From: an uncultured virus (IMG/VR IMGVR_UViG_3300025009_000092)
Taxonomy: Duplodnaviria > Heunggongvirae > Uroviricota > Caudoviricetes
DNA length: 64,000 bases
IMG/VR virus record: IMGVR_UViG_3300025009_000092
Direction: 5' to 3' (one strand)
Shown piece after piece: positions 28,668 through 39,270 of this stretch. The translations under genes and the position numbers were made by a program. Below the pieces are notes generated by a model, which saw only the letters and a list, made by a program, of their open reading frames with translations, was not told the DNA's origin and ran no database searches. Positions within the stretch are counted from its first letter, which is position 1; each line of letters starts with the position of its first letter.

Positions 28668-29611
28668 GGGGTCAGATCCTGGCAGAAGTTGAAAGGATCT
28701 TTTCCATCTATAATTGCCACAATGGTGTCTTCTTTACAGGTTGAATAATAAACTCGCCTGGTTGATACTTCTTCGCAGAGATGGACTAGAGTCTCATACA
28801 TATTGGGGCAAAATTCCAGAATATCTTTTACGCACTGGGGAATCTCAATTTCTAATTCTTCTGTTTGAGTAGCGCCATCTAAAGACAGCCAATCAGCAGT
28901 AATGGTGCTTTCCAGATTCTCTATTTTATAACTATTCAATTTAACAATTGGCGGTGGAGAAAATACAATTTTTCTGTCTTGAATTTGCTGAATTATATTG
29001 TTTTTCAAATCCTCTTCGGTTATTTCTTCCTGAGTCATGGGCTTGTTGAGGACAATCGTTAAAAGATAATAACCCCCAATGGCTTTTCCTTTAACTCGAA
29101 ATGCCCCAAATACTTCTGTAGAAAATTCAAGCCTCTTATTTGTTATGGTAATGCTCGGAGTGGGAATGCTATCACCATAAGAATTGAAAGTTGGTGTTTC
29201 CCATTCAACAGAAACATCCTCCATGTAATACGGAAGATCCCAGGTATTTGAGTTATTCACGAACCCGGAAAACTCTCTTGGTAAATTAACGATCTGAACT
29301 GGTCCAATAGTCCCCAATGAAGCAGCAAGGTTATAAAGCAAAGCAGGATCACTCGGCCAAGCATAAAAGCCCAAATAAACATAAATATCAGATCCAATAA
29401 ACTCAACAGGGCATCCAATCGGTTTGTAAGTTCTGGCCGACACACCAGTTGCTGCCAAAGTCCACATTTTGTAGATATCACGAATTGAGGCATAATAAGA
29501 GAGTTTTGACTCCAGTTTCTGTTCAAGTTTCACCCAAGGTTCTTGTTCACTATCGAGAAGCAAACTTGAATCTGGACTGATCCTTATCTGGAGGTTTTTT
29601 TCACTCATCAA
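28664..29611 (-). CDS. tail protein
   Basis: coupled ORF downstream of the tape measure gene. Confidence 0.5.
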   Translation of the reverse strand: MMSEKNLQIRISPDSSLLLDSEQEPWVKLEQKLESKLSYYASIRDIYKMWTLAATGVSARTYKPIGCPVEFIGSDIYVYLGFYAWPSDPALLYNLAASLGTIGPVQIVNLPREFSGFVNNSNTWDLPYYMEDVSVEWETPTFNSYGDSIPTPSITITNKRLEFSTEVFGAFRVKGKAIGGYYLLTIVLNKPMTQEEITEEDLKNNIIQQIQDRKIVFSPPPIVKLNSYKIENLESTITADWLSLDGATQTEELEIEIPQCVKDILEFCPNMYETLVHLCEEVSTRRVYYSTCKEDTIVAIIDGKDPFNFCQDLTP

Positions 29612-30369
29612 ATTGCCTCAAGGCCGGTACAATAATCAATATCAACATATTCATCTTCTGGCGGAACATGGTCCGGTGGTTGATCATCTGGAATTATATC
29701 AAGATCAGCATTCCCATAATTACACTCTCCGGTCTCAGATCCTTCCGGGATATCCATTTCCATATAAGTATTTCCACCATCCCAACAAGCATAAACAAAA
29801 GACTGAAGTTGATTCTCATTAGCATCCGGCCTGGGCTGAATATTTAAATTATAAGTATGCCGACAGACCTTATAGGTTATAATGAGTGTTCCATATACCT
29901 TTTCAGGAAGAGAAGCCCCATCGGTTGTAACGGTCGCTTCTGGATTTGGATTTACTATATCTCCATCAGAAGTATAAACTGGTCCTATCCACCCGGACGA
30001 AACGATCTCCAAAGCCGGGTATTTGAGCCCTAATTCTAATTCAAGATCGACTTGGATCTCTTCACTAAGCTCTAAAATTTGAACGCGCCTTGGCGATAAT
30101 GACCCCCAAGAACAGCCGATTATATAGTTGAGGTCTTCCCTCGATGGATATGCATATACATTGCCGTCAATAATCGTAGGGGGACAGTTCGGTTCGGGTT
30201 CATCCTCCTGGAAAAGAATCGAATTTATAGTTGCATACACTCCGAACTTCGTCACATACCCAAGGAGAGGTTCCCAGGGATCTTGCTCAAGCAAAACGAA
30301 ATCATCATTATTTCTATTTCGCCTTGGCTGAGCAATTGAAATCCGGAGTGTATGTTGCTTCGAAGCCAT
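29608..30369 (-). CDS. tail protein
   Basis: coupled ORF downstream of the tape measure gene. Confidence 0.5.
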   Translation of the reverse strand: MASKQHTLRISIAQPRRNRNNDDFVLLEQDPWEPLLGYVTKFGVYATINSILFQEDEPEPNCPPTIIDGNVYAYPSREDLNYIIGCSWGSLSPRRVQILELSEEIQVDLELELGLKYPALEIVSSGWIGPVYTSDGDIVNPNPEATVTTDGASLPEKVYGTLIITYKVCRHTYNLNIQPRPDANENQLQSFVYACWDGGNTYMEMDIPEGSETGECNYGNADLDIIPDDQPPDHVPPEDEYVDIDYCTGLEAI

Positions 30370-30370
30370 T

Positions 30371-31405
30371 TTATACGGCCTCTCCTACAATCACCTGAGT
30401 GGTTTTGTTATTGGCTAAACTGGCAGACCCAGCAGGGACAACTCGCTTCTGACCAATACCAATAGCAGCCGGATGAGTGGTAAAAGTGACGGTATCGCCA
30501 GCCTCCCAAGTTCCACCCCACGCCTCCAATTCAATGGTAAAATACGGTTTAGTAAATGTGGTATTGTTTGGAGCAAAATCACCACCAGTTGTTCCAGTTC
30601 CAATCGTCCCAGTTAATGAATCGCCAGTTAATGAATAATGAGTGGCATCAGTAAAGGTCAACGTCCAGTCCTCATCAACAGTCCCAATATTATCAAGGAT
30701 GATTGGATAAGTCGATGTATCAAGAGTCCCAGCAGTGCTCGTAACTACCGGAGTAGTTACAGAAGTTTCTATATCCGCTGTTGGTACAATCAGGCTTGAA
30801 ACCCTTGGAGAAGAAATAGTCGGAGTTCCAGCAGCAGTATAATTATTGGCAATTAACTCATCAACCGTAATTGTAATTTCAAGACCATCAACAGTCGGGG
30901 TTCCATTAATGGTCAAAACTTCTTCATTTCCGGTCAGAGCATCGGCAGTTGCTTTATCGGTGAGTTTGATCTTGTCACCATCAGCAAAAATCAAATCAGC
31001 ACCAGAAGCCAAAGCAGCATTTTTAACGACCACGACAATGGTCTGAGCACCAGCAGTAATATTCTCTGCAAGATAGGCAGTGCCGAATTTTCTTTCCGTA
31101 TCGGCACCAGTTGAATATCCAGTCAAATCCTCAATGGCATCCCTCTGCCCCATCAAAAACATAGTCACATAATCAGTAGCCGAAAGGGTTGGAGCATCGG
31201 TATAAACAGAAGGATCAATTAAAGTTCCATCGGCATCATCAGCAACTTTCCAGAACGTCTTCTTGTAATCGAAAAACCCAGCAGTCCTCTGAGCGCTGGT
31301 CACATGAGGGAAAACGTTCTGAACAACTCCGCTGGTAACCGGAGCAGCACCATCCATTCGGCCATTGGCTTTTTGTTTATAAACCTTTAGATCAGAATTC
31401 TGCAT
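30371..31405 (-). CDS. tail structural protein (beta- and Thr-rich)
   Basis: NVFPHVTSAQRTAG...KTFWKV; composition typical of virion proteins. Confidence 0.55.
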   Translation of the reverse strand: MQNSDLKVYKQKANGRMDGAAPVTSGVVQNVFPHVTSAQRTAGFFDYKKTFWKVADDADGTLIDPSVYTDAPTLSATDYVTMFLMGQRDAIEDLTGYSTGADTERKFGTAYLAENITAGAQTIVVVVKNAALASGADLIFADGDKIKLTDKATADALTGNEEVLTINGTPTVDGLEITITVDELIANNYTAAGTPTISSPRVSSLIVPTADIETSVTTPVVTSTAGTLDTSTYPIILDNIGTVDEDWTLTFTDATHYSLTGDSLTGTIGTGTTGGDFAPNNTTFTKPYFTIELEAWGGTWEAGDTVTFTTHPAAIGIGQKRVVPAGSASLANNKTTQVIVGEAV

Positions 31406-31785
31406 TATGCCCTCATCAATGTAATTGTTCCAATATATCTTTCGTTAGCCGTAAAAGTCGATTGCCACAGGGTTTTTTCAACAGCAAAGCCGTCAATCTT
31501 AATCTTTACATTTATTGTCTCTCCATGATAACTCAGGGAGATAGTTTCACCAGACTGCCGGAAGGCCTCAAGGGAGGTAAGTTGCGCCTGGGTAAAATAG
31601 CCCTTTCTGATATCGTCTTCCTCAATAGCCTCAAGAACTATTTCAGAAGTACCTGCAGGCCCACGCTGAGGAATAACCTTGCCACCAAGCGTTACTCTTT
31701 CGTTGCCAGAAACGATAGACTGATTGAATCTTCCTCTCCAGGAAACATGATCATTAAGCGATACACCACCAAGTGAAATGGACAT
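31405..31785 (-). CDS. distal tail-like protein
   Basis: small ORF immediately after the tape measure gene. Confidence 0.45.
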   Translation of the reverse strand: MSISLGGVSLNDHVSWRGRFNQSIVSGNERVTLGGKVIPQRGPAGTSEIVLEAIEEDDIRKGYFTQAQLTSLEAFRQSGETISLSYHGETINVKIKIDGFAVEKTLWQSTFTANERYIGTITLMRA

Positions 31786-34514
31786 TATGATCTCCTATGG
31801 AATTTCCGTTGAAGTTCGGAGAAAAGTCTATCCCCATTTCGATTATCTGCTCGTACTGTTATCGGTTCTGGACTGCCGGCAATAAAGTATTTTCTGATTG
31901 ACTCTGAAGTCGATTCCTGGGATACCTGTTGAATCGGTCCACCCATTGCAAAAGCCTGACGAGGAAATCCCGGCATTACAGGCCCACCCATCCGGAGTTT
32001 TGGGAGAAGATTCTGGACCACTGTTTTCCAGTCACCGGCGTTATAAGCAAGAGTCGTTCCAACACCGACTTCCCGCTGCCTTTCCTTCCGGATCATCACT
32101 TCCCCAGCTTCCCCCATAATCGGAATCTTATCCCCTCCGCCATATCCGGGGAAGTACTGCCCTGCAGCTGCATGTACCGCTTGTCCACCGAATCTAAGGG
32201 CCTGGATAGTCCCGCCGAGCATATAGCCTGCTACGGAGCCCCCTGCCGACTTCTCACTGATCTTTATTTTGGAGGCTTCTGTCTGGACTTTCTTTATCCC
32301 ATCCAACATCTTATCAATTGATGCTTCCGCTGCTTTAGTTGCCGATTCCCAAACACCTTCCCAACCCTTTCCAACTTCTTGTACTTTATCTACAATTTTC
32401 TTGGAGTCAGCGGTTTGCATTTTGACATTTTCAGTTGACCCCTTCTTTGCCGTATCAGAAACATTGGTCCATGTTTCCCCAATCTTTCTGACCTCAGTCT
32501 CTATACCGGCAGCAGCATCTTTCGGTACAGCCCATAAAGTTTCACTGACTTTGGTGGCCGTCTTATTGAGAGATTGATCTATATTTGTAAAAACAACATT
32601 GGCCGAATTGGCCCCATCCTTCCAGGCCTTATCAAAAGCAGCTCCCATAGCTGGAAAAGTCTGCATTGTTATTTCGTTTGATTTGGTTTTTACATCTTCA
32701 AAAAGTTGAGCAGCAACAGTAAAATTGCTTTCTTTAATTACAGAATTTGCGGCATCTATCTCAATCTGTTTGCTACCTTTTAAGGCCTCATCCCTGAGTT
32801 GGATCATTCGCTCAACGCCAGCAATGGCCTCAGCAACGCCCTGCTTTGTACTGACGAGGGTTTTATCCCCTTCCTTTACTTCTTTATTCAATTTGACAAA
32901 GCGCTCTTGTGCCATATCGGCATATTTAACAGCCTCGTCAAAATTCCCTGCCTTGGCCGCTTTCTCTGCAGCCTGCTCATATTCCTGAGCCTCTTTCTTG
33001 ATATCTTTCCAAGCAGAGAAATCATCCATCCCGGACTGTCGAAGTGAACGGATAAGTTCTTCACCAGACATTTGATTCTGGGCTATTTCATCGGAAATCT
33101 TCTTTATAGCATCAGCGTGTTTCTCGTATTCATCTTGGAGAGTCTTCAAGGATCTTGTCTGATTGTCTTTAAAAGACTTCAGGGAGTTTTCCATTGCTCT
33201 CTGAGCAATAGCGGCCTCACGAGGAGCAGACTTCCAAGGATCGGAAATACTCTCCTGAATAGCATCCTTGATCTTGGCATCGAGAATAGACTTCTCAAGT
33301 TCAGAAATTTTAGCCTTTACAATGCTGGCCTGCCTTTCCATCTCCCCAGGATCGGGAAAGAGCGACCAAGTAGCTTTTTGATTTTTTAGTCCAGCAATTT
33401 TTCTTTCGACTTTTTCAACTTCAGTAAGAATTCTGCCAGTATTAAAATCCCTCGTTCCAGCGGCTACATCAAGCAAGTTTTGAATGTTTTCGGCAAACCC
33501 TTTATAAGCCCTGGCCCCTTGCTGAATACTCCCAGTCTGCGTCTTTTCCAATTCATTATTAAGAGTCAAAACCCCTGCGGCTGCAATAGCCGCTTGAGGT
33601 CCAAACTTGGCAAGTACCCCACCAACAATAGCAAGCTGACCTATCCCTGGAGTCCCTAATGCATTTGAAAGGTCTTGAATCGCTTTCCCAAAAGCAATAG
33701 TTCCTTCCAGAACCGACTTTATATTTTCTCCCCAACCTTTTAAATTTGTTTCATTAAGAACGTTACCAAATTTTTTAAGTCCGTCTGTAATAGAATCGAC
33801 AAGAACTCCAAAAGCCGGTTGAAACAAAACTCCTAATTTGACTTTGATATCGTCAACATAACGTTGAAGTGACAACCACTTCTTCATTGGGGTTTCCATC
33901 GCCCCAGCATAAGCACCGGCTATTTTCGGCCCCTCAGCAAGTACCGAATTCATCCTGGCCGTTGCTTTTTCACTCTCTGTCAATTCGGCTGTTGTCTTAT
34001 GAAGAGATGCGGCCATTTCAACATAAGAGTTTTGAAAACTTACATTCAACCCGATAGTACGAAGGATCTCAATCTCGCCAGAGCGGATACCCATAATCAT
34101 CCGTTCAAATGCTTCTGACGAATTGATATTGCCGATTACCGCCGCATCCTGGGCTATCCTGGCAAGTTCAGAACTCTTGGAAAGATCAATCTGAGCCTGA
34201 GACATCTTGGTCAAAGTCTCGCGAGCAGAAGTCATGGAGATACCAGTCTTCCGCAACTCCTGCTCGTACTTGGCCATCTCCCGAGCTGAATACCCAGCAT
34301 TTTTGCCGACTACTTCCATCACCACACCAAGTGTGTCGAACCTGGCTGTGGCAAAGGTAACTTCTTTAATGGCGGCGCCGATAGCAGCAACAGAGGCTAT
34401 ACCAGCAAAGTATCCAGCGGCTCGTTTGGCAAAAGCGGCGATATTCGTTTCGGCTTTATTCAAGCCGGAAGTATCAGCCTCAATCCTGGTATACAATGAA
34501 CCAATATCGATCAT
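31785..34514 (-). CDS. tape measure protein
   Basis: 909 aa, Ala-rich and helical, begins IGSLYTRIEADTSGL, follows the chaperone pair. Confidence 0.85.
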   Translation of the reverse strand: MIDIGSLYTRIEADTSGLNKAETNIAAFAKRAAGYFAGIASVAAIGAAIKEVTFATARFDTLGVVMEVVGKNAGYSAREMAKYEQELRKTGISMTSARETLTKMSQAQIDLSKSSELARIAQDAAVIGNINSSEAFERMIMGIRSGEIEILRTIGLNVSFQNSYVEMAASLHKTTAELTESEKATARMNSVLAEGPKIAGAYAGAMETPMKKWLSLQRYVDDIKVKLGVLFQPAFGVLVDSITDGLKKFGNVLNETNLKGWGENIKSVLEGTIAFGKAIQDLSNALGTPGIGQLAIVGGVLAKFGPQAAIAAAGVLTLNNELEKTQTGSIQQGARAYKGFAENIQNLLDVAAGTRDFNTGRILTEVEKVERKIAGLKNQKATWSLFPDPGEMERQASIVKAKISELEKSILDAKIKDAIQESISDPWKSAPREAAIAQRAMENSLKSFKDNQTRSLKTLQDEYEKHADAIKKISDEIAQNQMSGEELIRSLRQSGMDDFSAWKDIKKEAQEYEQAAEKAAKAGNFDEAVKYADMAQERFVKLNKEVKEGDKTLVSTKQGVAEAIAGVERMIQLRDEALKGSKQIEIDAANSVIKESNFTVAAQLFEDVKTKSNEITMQTFPAMGAAFDKAWKDGANSANVVFTNIDQSLNKTATKVSETLWAVPKDAAAGIETEVRKIGETWTNVSDTAKKGSTENVKMQTADSKKIVDKVQEVGKGWEGVWESATKAAEASIDKMLDGIKKVQTEASKIKISEKSAGGSVAGYMLGGTIQALRFGGQAVHAAAGQYFPGYGGGDKIPIMGEAGEVMIRKERQREVGVGTTLAYNAGDWKTVVQNLLPKLRMGGPVMPGFPRQAFAMGGPIQQVSQESTSESIRKYFIAGSPEPITVRADNRNGDRLFSELQRKFHRRS

Positions 34515-35241
34515 TTCTTGCGCCTTTGTTTACTTTTTCTGCTACCAAATGCTGATTTCAATGCTGCCGCCATCTCTTCCGGGGTCTGCTTCTTTTTCTC
34601 AACTATTTTCGGTTCAATCAAAGGATTCGGGACAAAGTCTTCTGGCACCCAGTATCTTCTCTTCCCTGTATCCTCATCCTTGCCTTCTAATACTGAAAAA
34701 TTCCCTACCGTTGCGCAAATCATTCCAAACAACTTCGATTCGTGTACCGCCCCAAACGGTTCTAACTCCGCATATGCTATCCACTCCGCTACCTGACTTG
34801 CCGTTAAGTGTTGGAGTAGATAATCAGGGTGCGGGTATCCTAGTTCACGACAGAGTCGGAAGAGGAATCTTCGTTCGGAACGGGCTCGGAGTTTTTTGTT
34901 GTTGCCGCATCTGCCTCCTCATTCATTCCGGAAAGTCTCATACCAACATCAGAAAGACGACTGGTGGCCCTGGAAGACTTGCTCATCAGATCCGGAATAT
35001 CAAGATCCGAAAACATCAAGGTGCCATCTTCATTAACAACCGTTGCAATCAAGACCCTGAGCCTCATCCCACCGACTTCATTACTTTCCTTCTTGACCAC
35101 CCAGGCATCAAACCGATCTCTTGTAGCGGCATCCATCTCCTGGACCCAAACAGAACCGCCCCACTCAGGAACAGGCACCAATTCTCTCTTCAGTTCGGTG
35201 GCCTTCAGTACATCAAATTTACCCAATACTTTTTCGCTCAT
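34511..35241 (-). CDS. tail assembly chaperone G (34840-35241) and -1 frameshift product GT (ending at 34511)
   Basis: Slippery site A AAA AAC at 34891-34897 (minus strand); the -1 frame continues KLRARSERRFLFRLCRELG...EWIAY..LEPFG into ORF 34511-34732. Confidence 0.8.
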
Positions 35242-35284
35242 TCTTTCCCTCTTCTTGGTTATTTGTTGCTGGTTGAACTACTTT

Positions 35285-35704
35285 TTAGGTGGACTGGAAT
35301 CCACTCTGGCCGCTGACTTTGATCGTTACTGACATAGTAATCTTATCGTCCAATGGAATAGAATTGCCGATGTCGGTTACAAGGCCGGAGAACTCGAATG
35401 TACCAATTGATCCAGGGAAGACGATCTGATAATCAACGAGAGTTTCAATCTCGAAGTCATCATTCATGTCGTCATAACCATCCCGGGTAAAGTTCATATC
35501 CATTACTACCTGACCGCCATCCCTGAAGGCAGCAATGAACTCCCGATATCCACCAGTCGAATCCAGGCTGGTAACATCAATGACATTTCTTTTCTTGTCC
35601 GGCCCTTTGATACTGTTGATCTCTGCAATCGCTGCAAAAGTCGCGCTGCTCAACATGTTCGATCTTTTAAAAGTCGTACCTACACCAGATACCGCATTTG
35701 ACAT
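35285..35704 (-). CDS. major tail tube protein
   Basis: IAEINSIKGP....IDVTSLDSTGGYREFI...RDGG...TIKVSG. Confidence 0.85.
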   Translation of the reverse strand: MSNAVSGVGTTFKRSNMLSSATFAAIAEINSIKGPDKKRNVIDVTSLDSTGGYREFIAAFRDGGQVVMDMNFTRDGYDDMNDDFEIETLVDYQIVFPGSIGTFEFSGLVTDIGNSIPLDDKITMSVTIKVSGQSGFQST

Positions 35705-35728
35705 AATGTCCTCCTATTGTTTTAACTG

Positions 35729-36130
35729 TTACGCCCTTTTGATCCGCAGATTGCACGAAAAAATAGGTCTTCCTTGTGTATCATTCCCAACGTGAAATGG
35801 TTCTGTTAATTTCCAAATCAATATATAAAGTGTATTATTTATCGTCGTATTTGCTAAAGCGTGGAGTTCGGCCATAATTGCTTCCATCTTTGCCCAAGCA
35901 GTTTCGTATCCACCAACCTTTCCTCGAACCAATATCTGGATGGTTGGATTCCTGATATTGGTTGGATCTGGTGTCATCCCTGAAGTATCGAATATGGCCG
36001 TAGCCAATACTGATGTTTCCGGCAAAAGAGAGATAAAAAGATTTGTCCCGAAAGTAAAATCAAGCGTCGAGCTGGAATCGTCTGATTGACTCAGCAGATA
36101 ATCTTTTATATCTTTGGAAGGAGAGTTCAT
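35729..36130 (-). CDS. tail terminator / minor capsid-family protein
   Basis: PTIQILVRG...GNDTQGRPIFSCN; synteny. Confidence 0.65.
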   Translation of the reverse strand: MNSPSKDIKDYLLSQSDDSSSTLDFTFGTNLFISLLPETSVLATAIFDTSGMTPDPTNIRNPTIQILVRGKVGGYETAWAKMEAIMAELHALANTTINNTLYILIWKLTEPFHVGNDTQGRPIFSCNLRIKRA

Positions 36131-36131
36131 A

Positions 36132-36596
36132 TCATCTCAATTTTGCGTGCTTGACCAGGATCTGAAGAATACGATTTTTGTTTTTAAACAATGCCTTTTC
36201 AAGAAACTTATTCGAACCAGAATTAAAATTGTAATGTGACGGCATCTCGTGAACCCACAAAGCGTAATTGGCCGTATACCCTACAATCGCGTTAAATCTA
36301 TGCTTTCCTTTATTTACAATCCCTCTTCCTTCGGCTATCTGACTTGAGTGATCACTTGCCATTTTGCCGGCATCAGATCCGGTGAAGTTTGGGGTCGGAT
36401 TATCTTCTCGTTGATCTGTTACCAGAATGAATGCACTATTTCTGAGATTACCAAGATCAATCGGAGTTCCTTTAACGGAATCGTATTTTACTACCAGAGC
36501 AGCTTCGGTCAACCCTTCCTTGGTATGGAGTTCGATATCTGAAATGGCTTTGTTCAAATTCTTTAAAACCAGCGATAATCCTTTCAGTTCACTCAT
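36132..36596 (-). CDS. HK97 gp10-like tail completion protein
   Basis: TPIDLGNLRNS...YTANYALWVHE...KFLEKA. Confidence 0.75.
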   Translation of the reverse strand: MSELKGLSLVLKNLNKAISDIELHTKEGLTEAALVVKYDSVKGTPIDLGNLRNSAFILVTDQREDNPTPNFTGSDAGKMASDHSSQIAEGRGIVNKGKHRFNAIVGYTANYALWVHEMPSHYNFNSGSNKFLEKALFKNKNRILQILVKHAKLR

Positions 36597-36949
36597 ACCA
36601 AAAATGCTTTTCGTAAAAATTGATCTGCTTTGATTGTCGGGATCTTCTCAAAACCTTCGATGGTCAGTGCATCTTCTGTTTCTGGAGTTCCGCTACTATC
36701 GACATCCGCCAATAACATCAAGGCCATCCTACCTTTCATATCAAAATCCGTTTCAGAAAGAACAACAACCCTGGAAATGACTTCCTCAACTCCATTTCCA
36801 GCGCCTTGAGAAGTCAAAAACTTCTCTTGCTTTACAGTCCAGCGAACATCTACTTCAATCGGATCACCATAAGTATATCCACCATACCCATCCGGGGTTG
36901 GTGATCCCCAGTAAACCGCTTTCTGATTGAAAAACTTTCTGAGATTCAT
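36593..36949 (-). CDS. head closure protein
   Basis: DGYGG motif; synteny. Confidence 0.6.
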   Translation of the reverse strand: MNLRKFFNQKAVYWGSPTPDGYGGYTYGDPIEVDVRWTVKQEKFLTSQGAGNGVEEVISRVVVLSETDFDMKGRMALMLLADVDSSGTPETEDALTIEGFEKIPTIKADQFLRKAFLV

Positions 36950-37317
36950 CAGTGATACCCTATCATATTCAGGGAAGCGGATTTGCTATATCCATTTTTG
37001 GCTATCTTCCCAAGAGTTCCGGAAATATCCAGGAGAATTGCCATCTGGCCATAGCTGGTACCATTCAGCCCCATTCCCCACTGCCCCTGATAAGTTTCGC
37101 CAAGCGTATCTACTTTTACCGATTTGGTCCTCTGATCCTGTACGCTCAAGACGTGGGCGGAAAGATACCGTTCGATCTCCTTCAAGGTTTCATCGGTTAA
37201 ACCAGCCGTTTCCAGCCAGGAAGTTACCATCATATTTGCCGTATTGATAAAAACATCAATGTCAGTCAAAGTGGTATCAATAATAGCAAATACTTCAGCG
37301 TCAGTTACGCGAGGCAT
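36949..37317 (-). CDS. head-tail adaptor
   Basis: ERYLSAH...GLNGTSYGQ; synteny. Confidence 0.65.
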   Translation of the reverse strand: MPRVTDAEVFAIIDTTLTDIDVFINTANMMVTSWLETAGLTDETLKEIERYLSAHVLSVQDQRTKSVKVDTLGETYQGQWGMGLNGTSYGQMAILLDISGTLGKIAKNGYSKSASLNMIGYH

Positions 37318-37994
37318 TACTTGCCCTCCTCATTGAACCATTTCGGCTCGATAAAGGCTTTGACCATAGGCTCGTTGAATACCAAGCCAACACTCTCTAT
37401 CAACTGCCTAGCATAATCCCAATCTCCAGCACAAAGTCGGGAAGGCCAGAAGTCAAAGATATCCAGCTTAGCAGTATGCATTTCTGCAAATCTTTTTTCG
37501 TGCTGGTCTATCCAAGACTGCCAGCCAGCCTCATCCCGGTAAGCCCGCATGAATCTCGTTAATTGGCAGCTCCTGATGATATCCTTATGATTCCGATGAA
37601 TGATAATCCATTTAGCTTTTGGAAAGGCTTTATGCCACATATACCACATTCCAGCAGCCTTGGTACATTTGCAGAACCATTCACCACTTTTATATCCCTG
37701 AGACATCATAAGCCGCTGAACGATATCTCTCCAGTGATCTGCTTCCGGCTGGGAAACTTCAAATACCTGGCGATTGTTCGGAAGTGGCTTCTGGCCCATT
37801 GGGTCGGCGCCGATCTTTTTCAGGTACGGTTTAACAATATCATTCCGGAGATTGCAATTTTCAAACATCCCCTTCTGGGCATCAATACTGGGTCCATACA
37901 TCTCCCCGCCAAAAGCCCCACAGATATTGAGCATACCTGCCGTCATCGATGTTCCAGAACGGGCACAACCAACTACTAAAATCGGATCTTTCAT
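37317..37994 (-). CDS. sulfotransferase-family protein
   Basis: PILVVGCARSGTS (PAPS-binding loop) and FPKAKWIIIHRN..DIIRS. Confidence 0.7.
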   Translation of the reverse strand: MKDPILVVGCARSGTSMTAGMLNICGAFGGEMYGPSIDAQKGMFENCNLRNDIVKPYLKKIGADPMGQKPLPNNRQVFEVSQPEADHWRDIVQRLMMSQGYKSGEWFCKCTKAAGMWYMWHKAFPKAKWIIIHRNHKDIIRSCQLTRFMRAYRDEAGWQSWIDQHEKRFAEMHTAKLDIFDFWPSRLCAGDWDYARQLIESVGLVFNEPMVKAFIEPKWFNEEGK

Positions 37995-38638
37995 GCATGC
38001 TCCTTTACAATCTCTTGCCAAAGGGTTGGGACTTCAAACGGCCTGGGTTTACCATGGAAAACAAGCACCTTACAATTTGAAGATATTCCACCAGAACAAT
38101 GTCGCTTATATGAATAGATGCTCTCCGGGAAGGCGTCTTGTAATATCCTGGGGATGATTCGTTTCTCTTTCAATTTGGTATTCGTATAATCTTCTTCACC
38201 ACGAAGCTGCTTGGAAAATTTCTCATAATCAAATTGGTCATACAGCCATGACCAATCTCCATTCCAGGCCATAATTCCTGAGATAGTTCTGACTGGTGGT
38301 CTGAAAGAACGAATCATCCAAAAATCTTTTTCTGTAGAGTCAGTGGCCACCTTAAATAAGTCATCAATGTTACCACGGATCATTGTATCAATACCAGTTA
38401 CAACAGTCGGACCAATATTCCGAAAAACCTCAGGGACAGACCACCAACCTGGCCAGTTATTAATCAGGGGAATAGAGACGACGCCATCAATCTTTTCCTT
38501 GGAGTCTGTAAAACAAATGAAGTCGTAAGGAATCGTCGTATTTGCTTGTACCTGCGCTGCAAGGAGTCGGACGTGCTCTTCTATATAATCCCCCCCAAGC
38601 TTCAGTACACAAGCAAACACCGGCATTGTTGACTTCAT
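37991..38638 (-). CDS. glycosyltransferase-like protein (GT-A), paralog 2
   Basis: CVLKLGGDY...FICFTD...WPGWWS...GIDT...SGIMAW...VFHGKPRP. Confidence 0.65.
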   Translation of the reverse strand: MKSTMPVFACVLKLGGDYIEEHVRLLAAQVQANTTIPYDFICFTDSKEKIDGVVSIPLINNWPGWWSVPEVFRNIGPTVVTGIDTMIRGNIDDLFKVATDSTEKDFWMIRSFRPPVRTISGIMAWNGDWSWLYDQFDYEKFSKQLRGEEDYTNTKLKEKRIIPRILQDAFPESIYSYKRHCSGGISSNCKVLVFHGKPRPFEVPTLWQEIVKEHA

Positions 38639-39270
38639 TCCACTAACCTCCATAGATTCGTCCGCCAGGGCTTGGGATCGCCATGGAAAATGATGATTCC
38701 CGGATCTTTCACAAGGTTCTTCCGAATATGGAGTTTGTAATTACAAATCCCGGCAAAGTATTCTTGGATTGCTGTTAAATCGACCCCTTTGGTCAGCAAA
38801 GCATTTATCTGGTAATTTTCATCACCACGATGGAGTTTTGATTCCTTCTCAAAGTCAAACTCATCATACAGCCAGGACCAATCTCCATTCCATGCCTGCA
38901 TCCCATTGATAAATTCTCCCGGATGAAAGAACGAATCAAGCAAAAAGAAATCATCTTCCGGGATATGACAGACCATTTTCAAAAGGTCGTCAATGTTCTT
39001 CAGGATCATTGTATCCAGGCCAATAGCAATTGTCGGTCCTTGGTGTTTCCAAAGTTCGACGCAAGACCACCAGCCGGGATAATTCTTTTCAAGTTCAACC
39101 GTCTCTATTTCCGGAAGTTCATCAGCCTGATCTGTATAGCAAACAAAACGATAAGGAATCGTCGCATTGCGTTCAATCTGTCTTGCGAGTGCTCTCACAT
39201 GGCCTGGGTAATAATCACCGCCAGAGCGAAGGCAAACGACTATTGAAGGGATCTGATTAATCATAGCCAT
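38635..39270 (-). CDS. glycosyltransferase-like protein (GT-A), paralog 1
   Basis: CLRSGGDY...FVCYTD...YPGWWS...GLDT...IFHGDPKPW. Confidence 0.65.
   Translation of the reverse strand: MAMINQIPSIVVCLRSGGDYYPGHVRALARQIERNATIPYRFVCYTDQADELPEIETVELEKNYPGWWSCVELWKHQGPTIAIGLDTMILKNIDDLLKMVCHIPEDDFFLLDSFFHPGEFINGMQAWNGDWSWLYDEFDFEKESKLHRGDENYQINALLTKGVDLTAIQEYFAGICNYKLHIRKNLVKDPGIIIFHGDPKPWRTNLWRLVE

Noticed and set aside
34207..35316. Long plus-strand ORF of 369 aa, and similar antisense ORFs such as 41860-42864 and 8128-8988
   Set aside because: These are shadows of well-supported genes on the opposite strand and show no recognisable motifs.
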